Positions 1 through 12,100 of a stretch of DNA of 64,000 bases are shown in pieces. Position numbers and translations under genes: made by a program. Numbering within the stretch: position 1 is the stretch's first letter; each line of letters opens with the position of its first letter. The notes under the pieces are model-generated. The model did no database searches. It was not told the origin of the DNA and saw only the letters and a list, made by a program, of their open reading frames with translations. This DNA is from Hormiphora californensis (Eukaryota > Animalia > Ctenophora): the NCBI GenBank assembly GCA_020137815.1, contig CM035362.1:3472001-3536000 (forward strand). Direction: 5' to 3'.

Positions 1-39
1 ATGACGTGAAGGAAGCGTAGATGAACCTGTGAGATAGAT

Positions 40-116
<77 letters not shown>

Positions 117-3100
117 AAGAAAAAGAGAGAGCATATATATTGTACCATTTGTAGTCGGTACAGTCCATAGCCAACACGTAGCTACATTCTCCTTGGTACG
201 AGTAGAACTTGCCTGGGTAGAAGAAGAGAAAGTGTGGACTGACAATATAATGGTTGCCATGGTTACAATTTGCAAATTATAAAGTGTAACCATGTTGAGT
301 TGCCTGACACTTCAATATAACTTCAGGAACCGACCGACACAAGTAAACAACCAATCAGAACTCATTATTTAGGTCACATGACTGATTATCAGCCAATCAG
401 GGACCAGTATATCCTTATTCGGTCGGTTCCTGAATATAACCATGTAACTGATTCATGATTATTGGTAACCAATGGTAACCACTGTATGGTAACCATTGGT
501 TACTGCTATACTTACCATCAAAAGTTTTAAAATGCGGGTCCCCAACTACTGTACACGTATCGTCCACCTTCTTGGGCTACAACGGGGGAATAGCACGGTT
601 AATATGTATTAATTATCAGTATTAACTTTAATTCCCTATTAATTATAATTATAATTAATTAATTAGGACCAGGTTTAGTTAGGTTTAGTAACTTGTGACG
701 TGGTTTAGGAACATTGATATCAAGGTACTAACATTAGATCGGAAAATTCTAATTTGAGACCCCGGGTTTAGGTTAGTTGGTTGTATCGGTGCCCCCCCCC
801 CCCCCTCTTCTCGAGACTCTGTTATTATGTTCTAACCCTCCGGAGTGCAGAGAAAAAGAGGGTCGAACAAGGCAAGGACTCACCTGTGGATCCTCCACGA
901 TAATATTCCATGAGATGGACTCGGAGTAGTGTTTATCAGGACAGATCGCCATTTCAACCGTATACCGGCCAGCATCTGATACACGAATACTTCTGTCGGA
1001 ACCCTGCAGATTGGTATTCATGTAATTAATAAACTACTAAATTAAATTAATAATTAATTAAAGCTCGCTTTAATATGTCATGACGTCACCAATTTACCTT
1101 GTTGATTTCGCCATAGACCATTCCAAACTTGTACCAAGAGAGAGTTAAGTAGCTGGGTGTATCCGAGGGGACAGATAGTGTCTCACTGTCACCTTTAGTT
1201 CTGAAAAAGAGATTTTGTTAGTTTCACTAAACAAAAAAACAACCAATCAGAACTCGTTATTTAGGTCACGTGACTGGTTATCAGCCAATCAGGGACCTGA
1301 TTCGGTCGGTTCCTTGTTAGTTTCAAAATCCAAATATAGACAGGTTAGATAAAACAGCATCGGTCCATATATATGCGTATTGCAAAGGAACTTTTAACAG
1401 AAATAGAATGAACAGTTGGGCTATTAATAGCAGTTAATTGTAAATGTTGATATATTAATTGGTAATAGAATGAATTTAACTCGAGATATCCAGAAGATTT
1501 ATTCTCACATTTTGATGGCGTACAAGGTTGTCCAGTCAGAGGGTGCGGTCCACCCAGGAATGTCCACGACCACATCGGGGGAGGGACTGTAACCGGCGGA
1601 GTAAAACCTGCAAAAGAGGTGGTAAGAGGCTAGTAAGAGGCTGACCAGATGTCATCGGACCAAACCAAACCATTTACCGGGAGGATACATTTCTCCCGAT
1701 ATAGGAAATCAACGGTATTATACCAGGCAAAACCCTTTCTCCCAAGCATCCCTGTAAACCAGGGTCTGACTGTATTAGAACCCTTTCCCCCGAGCATCTC
1801 GATAAATCGGGGTCCGACTGTATTAGAAGCCCTTTTCCCCCGAGCATCCCGATAAACCGGGGTCCGACTGTATTAGAAACCCTTTTCCCCGGGCATCCCG
1901 GTAAATCGGGGTCCGACTAACACTACCCCCCCCCCCCCCCCCCCCCCCCCCCCGAGCTCCCGATAAATCATGGTTATATATATTATATACCTGAGAACAT
2001 CATCAGAGCAAGATACAGAGATAATTCCACTTGGAGGTCCACTGTACACCATCTGAGAGGGGGGACGAGTTGTTATGTTCTAGCCCTCCAAACCCGGGAG
2101 CTCGCGATAATCGGGTCGAGCTAGGCAAGGTGAGAGAATGAGCACACTGTCTGGGGTCTGATCAAGTAATTAATATCTCACGTTATTATCCTGGTTGTAG
2201 GCTTTGACCGTCTCAGAAGGTTTAGCGTTGCAACTGAATGACATATCGAGCACATCGTAGCCGAGGACTTGACACTCAAGGACTGGGTGGTGGGGGTGGT
2301 TACTATGGGGTTACCAATGTGTTACTATGGGGTTACCAAGGTGTTACTATGGGGTTACCATGGGGTTACTATGGGGTTACCAAGGCGTTACTATGGGGTT
2401 ACTAAGGTGTTACTATGGGGTTACCAATGTGTTACTATGGGGTTACCAAGGCGTTACTATGGGGTTACTAAGGTGTTACTATGGGGTTACCAAGGCGTTA
2501 CTATGGGGTTACTAAGGTGTTACTATGGGGTTACCAAGGCGTTACTATGGGGTTACCAAGGTGTTACTATGGGGTTACCAAGGCGTTACTATGGGGTTAC
2601 CAATGTGTTACTATGGGGTTACCAAGGCGTTACTAGGGGGCTACCAAGGTGTTACTATGGGGCTACCAAGGCGTTACTATGGGGTTACCAAGGTGTTTAA
2701 TGTTTATAGAGGATAAAGAGATTGGTGACCGGTACGGTGGGTGACCGTTTGTTTGTTAGTACACAGGTATATTGTGACCTACCCAAAACTTGAGGCTCCG
2801 TTGGGGGATCAGTAGGTTCTGGGGCATCAGTAGTTGGGGCGTCAGTTGGGGCAACAGTCTCAGGTGCCTCGGTCTGTTCAGGTGCCTCTGTCTGTTCGGG
2901 TGCCTCCGTCTGTTCAGGTGCCTCCGTCTGTTCAGGTGCCTCTGTCTCAGGTTTATCAGTAATAGGAGCATCAGAAGGTTCAGGTGCCTCCGTCTCGGGA
3001 GCTGCGGTAGGTGGATCCTCAGTGGTAACCACGGCGGCACACTCTGAAACACTCACAGACCCTGCTTCAGAGTTACTGCCAGCGGGACACGACACGCAGA

Positions 3101-6100
3101 CCTGTTGGGGGTTAGAGATGGGGGGTTTGGGGTTAGAGATGGGGGGTTTGGGGTTAGGGATGGGTGGTTAGGGGGTTTGGGGATTGGTTAATGGCAGCGA
3201 AATTACCCCTATCTTACAGGCACGCTTACTACGAAGGCCGGTGTTAGGCGAGGCACAATAACCACCCCATCTCTAACCCCAAACCCCAAACCCCAAACCA
3301 CCCGAGACAACAATATACCTCATTCTCGGAGTATGTATCAGCGGGGCAGGTTGCACATTGACCATCCGAACCACGTCCCTCACCAGAGTCGCAGGGTACC
3401 TGAGTTAGAGCCTTTTATGGGCAATCCACTCAAGTAATGCCATATATGGGCAACATTAAATCCACTCAAGGGTGGCCGGGCGTTATGCCTCCTGCCGGTA
3501 TGCCCACCAGTGGTGGGCAAACAAGTCAGTAGGCATAAGGGTACCCTAGCCGACCGTTATGCCCACCAACCAAATCAGGTATATTGCGGCATAGTGGTGG
3601 TGGGCATACAGGTATCCTAGCCGGCCGTTATGCCCACCTGTAACCCCCTCTCTCTATATGTAATTGATGGCATCACACATCCGGAGATCTACACGCTAAG
3701 GAGTGGTACCAATTAGACGCTAAGCCTTCTCGTATCACAGATCATACGACAACTGTGTTTAAACCTTACACTACCTAAATTGTGGTAGAATTTAAAAAGT
3801 ATGGGAAACCAATGAAAATTATGACTTATTACCCATATCCTATCCGTTCAATTTCACTATGTTGCTCGTAAGCATCATGACATTGGATCTGATACTGGAT
3901 CTGATACTAAATAATTGGACACGACTGAAACAGGAATGCTATGAGCTGACTAGTTTCTGGTCGCCAGTGGGAGTGGTAACAGACTTCGAGAAAGCCGAGC
4001 TCCGAGCTATCCGTGAGGTCTTCCCTAATCTACTGTGGTGTCAGGGATGTCACTACCACTATTGCCAGTGCCACCTCAAGAACAGTAAGAAGGTACCTGG
4101 CTTTAAAGACGATTTAGATTTATACGAGCTCCTCGCCCAACTAAAAGCTTTGCCATTTCTTCCCATATCTTGTGTAGTCTTGTGTAGTTTCTGCCCCTCT
4201 TATCTTCCCCTTATTGATTGCCCCTCTTATCTTCCCCTTATTGATTTGCCCCTCTTATCTTCCCCTTATTGATTGTTGCATGTCATAGGGGAGGAGGCAC
4301 ATAGGTCCGATGCTGAGTAATGACAGAACACCTAGGGGTGGTTAACCACGAGTCCTAAAAAGACTGGCTGTATTTTATGTACGGTGGCAAACGTGGGCTA
4401 AAGTGTGTAGTGAACCACTGAACATGCACCACTCTGCCTTCTATAGGCTTAGTGGAACAAACCAGTTGTAAATTATGCACTCAGAGTCCTTCAGTTCAAC
4501 TCCCATTTTATGTTGTCCTGGCTAACTCTAGAGAGATCCAAATCCCTTGCTAGTGATTCATGTTACTACGGTCACAAATTCATTATAAAATCTCTTCTAC
4601 CCAGAGCCAGCTGGAAGTGTAGTAGAGTCGGTTCGCCGCCTTTATTTCTAATGCTATGATTGTCTTGTCTGTGGAGTCACGCCCGCAGACGTAAATGCAG
4701 TGAAAGAAAAATAATGATGGAAAGTTTTTATAAGGATATTAGCCAAACGTTCATTGGAACTCTAAACTGTCGTACCTTACGTACAGTCGAACGGCAAGAG
4801 GAGCTGGCTTATAAGTTCTGCAATAGCAAACTTGGTGTGCTCGCAATTCAAGAACATCGGATAGTGCATGCACCGGGTGAGGTTATACGCATTACTCCGG
4901 CTGGGTCAGACTGCATCCTCTTAACATCTACAGCCGAGAGAAACCAGAGAGGGGCTTCAGTGGGGGGCGTGGGGATCGCCATGAGGGCAGCAGCGTGGAA
5001 GCTGATTACGGAGAAGGAGGTTGTCTCACCTCGCATCCTAAAGGTTACGTTTGCAGGGAACCCTCGTTTCACTGTAGTTTCTGTGTATTCACCAACTGAG
5101 GGCTACAGCAAGTGAGGGCCAGAATAATTCTTTGAGGGTTTTATTTGGTGCATCCAATCCCGTTATATGGACTTGTATCGATAAACTTAGGTTGATGCAG
5201 AGCAAATCTGACCTGACACTGATACAGCAGTTAGCTGTACATTTGCCCCACCGAGAGAGGAAAGAGAGGCGTGTATGGTTATATTACTGGACCTTGATTC
5301 TTGAATATGATGAACAATTGTGTTGTACTATGTGTAACCCTTTGGGTAGGTGTCATGTGAGCCGGCCTCTCAGACCGATCACGTGACTCTCCCCAATCAG
5401 GGCGATTTATTCAGTTCGTTGCTAATTCATTAAGACCAGAAAACCAACGTGTTTATCTTTGTCTAACCCGGTTACAGGCTTACTATATCTGAAGAGTAAT
5501 ACAACTATGGTTATTGATTAATTATTAGATTTTTGTGCAGTGAATACAAGACTTTTATTTCTTCCTGAAAAGTGAAGCCAAACCCGCTTTGATTATACGA
5601 TTAACGATACGAGAAGGCTAAGCGTCTAATTGGTACCACTCCTTAGCGTGTAGATCTCCGGATATGTGATGCCATTAATTACATACAGAGAGAGGGGGTT
5701 ACAGGTGGGCATAACGGCCGGCTAGGATACCGGTATGCCCACCACCACTATGCCGCAATATACCTGATTTGGTTGGTGGGCATAACGGTCGGCTAGGGTA
5801 CCCTTCTGCCTACTGACTTGTTTGCCCACCACTGGTGGGCATACCGGCAGGAGGCATAACGCCCCGTATTCCCACTCAAGTAATGCCATATATGGGCAAC
5901 ATTAATCAGACCTAAATTACTATACCTGTTCACACTCGGAACTTCCTGCGTTGCTTATTTCACCCGCTGGACAGGGATAACAAGCCTCATTGGAAGCATA
6001 GCTACCCGCTGGGCAATCAGAGCATGTCATGTCACTGCCTCTTGCCTGACCGGCTCCACAGGGCTCAAGGGGTTGTGTAGGGGGGACAGTGGGTTCTTTA

Positions 6101-9100
6101 CAATCGCTATACCTGGGGTAGATCATTCTATGTGATCGAAGCTCGTATTTGTTCATGATTACAGTATTATCTAGTCTAAGTGAATGCTAATTTGAGTATG
6201 CTAATTTAACAAACTTTTTAATGAAAAAGTTATCATACCTATCAGATCCTGCCGAAGAAGTAAAGTCGGCCGGGCAATCCCTACACATCTCATTATCACT
6301 ATAGGTATCTGCCGGACAGAGTTGACAATCACCATTACCATCCCTTCCCTCTCCCACAGCACATGGTGCCTGTGTGGGTGCCACACAATCACTAGAACTA
6401 GCGGATCCAGGGGAGCTGGTGTGTCCAGATGGGCAGGAGACACACTGTTCATTGTTGGAGTAGGTGTCGGCGGGACATGTTGCGCAGAGGTCATCTGAAC
6501 CACGTCCCTCCCCCGTGTTGCAGGGTGTTTGGGTGCATGAAGTGGATCCAGATGGGGAGGTGTACCTGTAAAGGACAGGATGTGTTAGAATCTCTTTAAT
6601 TGCGTTAGAATTGCTAGTATAGATGGTTTTTAATCTTGCGATTCAGCTGTTCTATCTCGATATTATTACAAATTGCTCGAGATGACCTCCCCCTCCCCCA
6701 CACACCCACTGACCCCCCCCCCCTCCCTCCACAAACACTCACCCCCCTCTCCCAACTCAATGACCCCTCCCTCCCCAACTCACCCATCTGGACAGTCCAC
6801 ACACTCACTGACCCCCCCTCGACTCCCTCCCACCACGCATTCACGGACCCTCCTCCCCACAAACTCACCCTTCTGGACAGTCCACACAAGTTTCATCCTC
6901 ACTATAACTATCAGCAGGACAGGTAGCACACACCCCATCACTTCCCCGTCCCTCTCCAGCCGCACAATCCTCCACTACCGGCTCCACACAATCACCAGAA
7001 CTTGAACTACCAGCAGGTGATTCTGTCCCAGAGGGGCAGTTTACACAGGCTTGGCTGGAGCTGTAGGTGTTGACTGGACACGTGGCACAGATACCGTCAC
7101 TGCCACGTCCCTCACCGTCGGAGCAGGGCGCTGGGGTTGCCTCCGGTTCTTCTGTGGGAGCTGTTGGGGGAAGAGTCCGGGGTTACTAGGGGATCACTAT
7201 GGGTTACTAGGGGAATACTATAGGGTTACTAAGGGTTACTAGGAGGTTGCCTCCGGTTCTTCTGTTGGAGATGTGGGGAGGGAGAGGCTGGGGGTTACTA
7301 ACTAACCAAGGGATCACTAAAGGGGTTACTAGGGGCGTTACCAAGGGGGTTACTAGGGGGTTACCAAGGGGGTTACCAAGGGAATTCCACTTACCAATAC
7401 AATCTCCCACCACAACAGATCCTTTAGGGGAGGTATGGCCAGAGGGACAATCAGTGCACGAAGTTCCATCACCTCCATAAGTGTTAGCAGCACAGTCGAC
7501 ACACACGCCCCCTGAGAGCTCTTGGCCAGGGCTGACAGGTTACAACTGAAGAAGGAGTTAGAGAGGTTAGTGGCAGGTTACAACTGGGAGAAGGGGTTAG
7601 AGAGGTTAGTGGCAGGTTACAACTGGAGAAGGGGTTAGAGAGGTTAGTGGCAGGTTACAACTGGAGAAGGGGTTAGAGAGGTTAGTGGCAGGTTTCAACT
7701 GGAGAAGGGGTTAGAGAGGTTAGTGACAGGTTTCAACTGGGAGAATGGAGGAGTTAGAGGGGTTAGTGGCAGGTTTCAACTGGAGAAGGGGTTAGAGAGG
7801 TTAGTGACAGGTTTCAACTGGGAGAATGGAGGAGTTAGAGGGGTTAGTGGCAGGTTACAACTGGAGAAGGGAGAAGGTCCGGCTACAGGGAGTTGTGAGG
7901 AAGGGCTCTGGGCTAGTTAACTCACCCAAATCCCAACCAACCACCCCTCCCCAATCTAAAACTTCCCAACAACTCCCCTACATCTCCCCATCTCACAACT
8001 CCCCAACTACTCCCCAGTCCCACAACACTCTCCCCAATTACTTACCTACACTCCCATCATCATTGATACACGCACTACTGGATGTAGATCCAGTACCAGC
8101 AGTAGTTTGTTACTTACCTACACTTCCATCATCATTGATACAAGCACTGCTGGATGTAGATCCAGTACCAGCAGTAGTTTGTTACTTACCTACACTTCCA
8201 TCATCATTGATACAAGCACTGCTGGATGTAGATCCAGTACCGGCAGTAGTTTGTTATACTTACCTACACTCCCATCATCATTGATACACGCACTACTGGA
8301 TGTAGATCCAGTACCAGCAGTAGTTTGTTACTTACCTACACTTCCATCATCATTGATACACGCACTACTGGATGTAGATCCAGTACCGGCAGTAGTTTGT
8401 TACTTACCTACACTCCCATCATCATTGATACACGCACTGCTGGATGTAGATCCAGTACCAGCAGTAGTTTGTTACTTACCTACACTTCCATCATCATTGA
8501 TACACGCACTACTGGATGTAGATCCAGTACCGGAAGTAGTTTGTTACTTACCTACACTTCCATCATCATTGATACACGCACTACTGGATGTAGATCCAGT
8601 ACCGGCAGTAGTTTGTCCGTCCGGACAGGAGTCACAATAGTAGGAGTTAGCAGCACTGTACTGCCCAATGGGACACGGTTCACACTCATCAATGTCAGCA
8701 TGGTAGGTCCCTGCTGGACACTCTGGGGGGTAGAGAGTGTTAGAATGTGGTAGGTCCCTGCAGGACACTCTGGGGGGTAGAGAGTGTTAGAATGTGGTAG
8801 GTCCCTGCTGGACACTCTGGGGGGAGGTAGAGAGTGTTAGAATGTGGTAGGTCCCTGCAGGACACTCTGGGGGGAGGTAGAGAGTGTTAGAATGTGGTAG
8901 GTCCCTGCAGGACACTCTGAGGGGTAGAGAGTGTTAGAATGTGGTAGGTCCCTGCAGGACACTCTGGGGGGTAGAGAGTGTTAGAATGTGGTAGGTCCCT
9001 GCTGGACACTCTGGGGGTAGAGAGTGTTAGAATGTGGTAGGTCCCTGCTGGACACTCTGGAGGGTAGAGAGTGTTAGAATGTGGTAGGTCCCTGCAGGAC

Positions 9101-12100
9101 ACTCTGGGGGGTAGAGAGTGTTAGAATGTGGTAGGTCCCTGCAGGACACTCTGGGGGGTAGAGAGTGTTAGAATGTGGTAGGTCCCTGCTGGACACTCTG
9201 GGGGGTAGAGAGTTTTAGAATGTGGTAGGTCCCTGCAGGACACTCTGGGGGGTATAGTGTTAGAATGTGGTAGGTCCCTGCAGGACACTCTGGGGGGGTA
9301 GAGAGTGTTAGAATGTGGTAGGTCCCTGCTGGACACTCTGGGGGGTAGAGAGTGTTAGAATGTGGTAGGTCCCTGCTGGACACTCTGGGGGGGGTAGAGA
9401 GTGTTAGAATGTGGTAGGTCCCTGCAGGACACTCTGGGGGTAGAGAGTGTTAGAATGTGGTAGGTCCCTGCAGGACACTCTGGGGGGTAGAGAGTGTTAG
9501 AATGTGGTAGGTCCCTGCAGGACACTCTGGGGGGTAGAGAGTGTTAGAATGTGGTAGGTCCCTGCTGGACACTCTGGGGGGGGGGGGTAGAGAGTGTTAG
9601 AATGTGGTAGGTCCCTGCAGGACACTCTGGGGGGTAGAGGGTGTTAGAATGTGGTAGGTCCCTGCAGGACACTCTTGGGGTAGAGAGTGTTAGAATGTGG
9701 TAGGTCCCTGCTGGACACTCTGGGGGGGTAGAGAGTGTTAGAATGTGGTAGGTCCCTGCTGGACACTCTGGGGGGTAGAGAGTGTTAGAATGTGGTAGGT
9801 CCCTGCAGGACACTCTGGGGGTAGAGAGTGTTAGAATGTGGTAGGTCCCTGCAGGACACTCTGGGGGTAGAGAGTGTTAGAATGTGGTAGGTCCCTGCAG
9901 GACACTCTGGGGGGGTAGAGAGTGTTAGAATGTGGTAGGTCCCTGCTGGACACTCTGGGGGGTAGAGAGTGTTAGAATGTGGTAGGTCCCTGCTGGACAC
10001 TCTGGGGGTTAGAGAGTGTTAGAATGTGGTAGGTCCCTGCGGGACACTCTGGGGGGTAGAGAGTGTTAGAATGTGGTAGGTCCCTGCAGGACACTCTGGG
10101 GGTAGAGAGTGTTAGAATGTGGTAGGTCCCTGCAGGACACTCTGGGGGGTAGAGAGTGTTAGAATGTGGTAGGTCCCTGCAGGACACTCTGGGGGGTAGA
10201 GAGTGTTAGAATGTGGTAGGTCCCTGCAGGACACTCTGGGGGGTAGAGAGTGTTAGAATGTGGTAGGTCCCTGCTGGACACTCTGGGGGGTAGAGAGTGT
10301 TAGAATGTGGTAGGTCCCTGCAGGGACACTCTGGGGGGTAGAGAGTGTTAGAATGTGGTAGGTCCCTGCAGGACACTCTGGGGGGTAGAGAGTGTTAGAA
10401 TGTGGTAGGTCCCTGCTGGACACTCTGGGGGGTAGAGAGTGTTAGAATGTGGTAGGTCCCTGCATGGACACTCTGGGGGGTAGAGAGTGTTAGAATGTGG
10501 TAGGTCCCTGCAGGACACTCTGGGGGGTAGAGAGTGTTAGAATGTGGTAGGTCCCTGCAGGACACTCTGGGGGTAGAGAGTGTTAGAATGTGGTAGGTCC
10601 CTGCAGGACACTCTGGGGGGTAGAGAGTGTTAGAATGTGGTAGGTCCCTGCAGGACACTCTGGGGGGTAGAGAGTGTTAGAATGTGGTAGGTCCCTGCAG
10701 GACACTCTGGGGGGTAGAGAGTGTTAGAATGTGGTAGGTCCCTGCAGGACACTCTGGGGTGTAGAGAGTGTTAGAATGTGGTAGGTCCCTGCAGGACACT
10801 CTGGGGGGTAGAGAGTGTTAGAATGTGGTAGGTCCCTGCATGGACACTCTGGGGGGTAGAGAGTGTTAGAATGTGGTAGGTCCCTGCAGGACACTCTGGG
10901 GGGTAGAGAGTGTTAGAATGTGGTAGGTCCCTGCAGGACACTCTGGGGGGTAGAGAGTGTTAGAATGTGGTAGGTCCCTGCAGGACACTCTGGGGGGTAG
11001 AGAGTGTTAGAATGTGGTAGGTCCCTGCTGGACACTCTGGGGGGTAGAGAGTGTTAGAATGTGGTAGGTCCCTGCAGGGACACTCTGGGGGGTAGAGAGT
11101 GTTAGAATGTGGTAGGTCCCTGCAGGACACTCTGGGGGTAGAGAGTGTTAGAATGTGGTAGGTCCCTGCAGGACACTCTGGGGGGTAGAGAGTGTTAGAA
11201 TGTGGTAGGTCCCTGCTGGACACTCTGGGGGGTAGAGAGTGTTAGAATGTGGTAGGTCCCTGCAGGACATCTGGGGGGTAGAGAGTGTTAGAATGTGGTA
11301 GGTCCCTGCTAGGACCACTCTGGGGGGTAGAGAAAGGGATGTTAGATGTGGTGGTCCCCAGGACATTGGGGTGGGGGTTTAGATTTAGGGGGTTTGGGTT
11401 AAAGTGGGTGGGGTTGGGTGGGTTTAAAATGTGGGGGTTTTTGGGGCCTGGGGGGGGAATGGGGTTCAACCGGGGTAGAGGGTTTGAATGGGTTGGTCCC
11501 TGCGACACTCTGGGGTGGAGTGTAGAATGTGGTAGCCCCGTGGACCTCTGGGGGGGAGAGGGGAAGGGTAGGCCCTGCTGACACTTGGGGTATAGAGTTG
11601 AAATGTGGAGGTCCGGACACTTGGGGGTAGAGAGTGGAGTGTGGTCCCGGGAATTGGGGGTAGGTGATGTGGGGAATAGCCTGTGGGTTGGGTTGGAGTG
11701 TAGGGGGCCCGGGTAAGGGGTAGATGGGAGGTCCTGGGACACTCTGGGGGTTAGAGGTGTTAATGTGGTGTCCTCAGGCCGGGGGGTAAGATTAGGGGTA
11801 GGTCTGCAGAATCTGGGGGGTATGGGTTAAAGTGGAGGTCCTGAGGACTCGGGGGGGAGTTAGGTTGGTAGTCCCTGCGGAACTTGGGGGTAGAGGTAGA
11901 AGTTGGGGCCGCGGACACTCTGGGGGTAGAAGGTTAGAGGGTGGGTCCCTGCGGACACTGGGGGGTAGAGGTTTAAATGTGGTAGGTCCTGAGGACACTC
12001 TGGGGGGTAGAAGTGTTGAATTGGTAGGCCCCTGAGGACCTCTGGGGTAAGGGGTTTTAAAAGTGGTAGGCCCCGAGGCATTTGGGGGGGGGTTTAGAGG

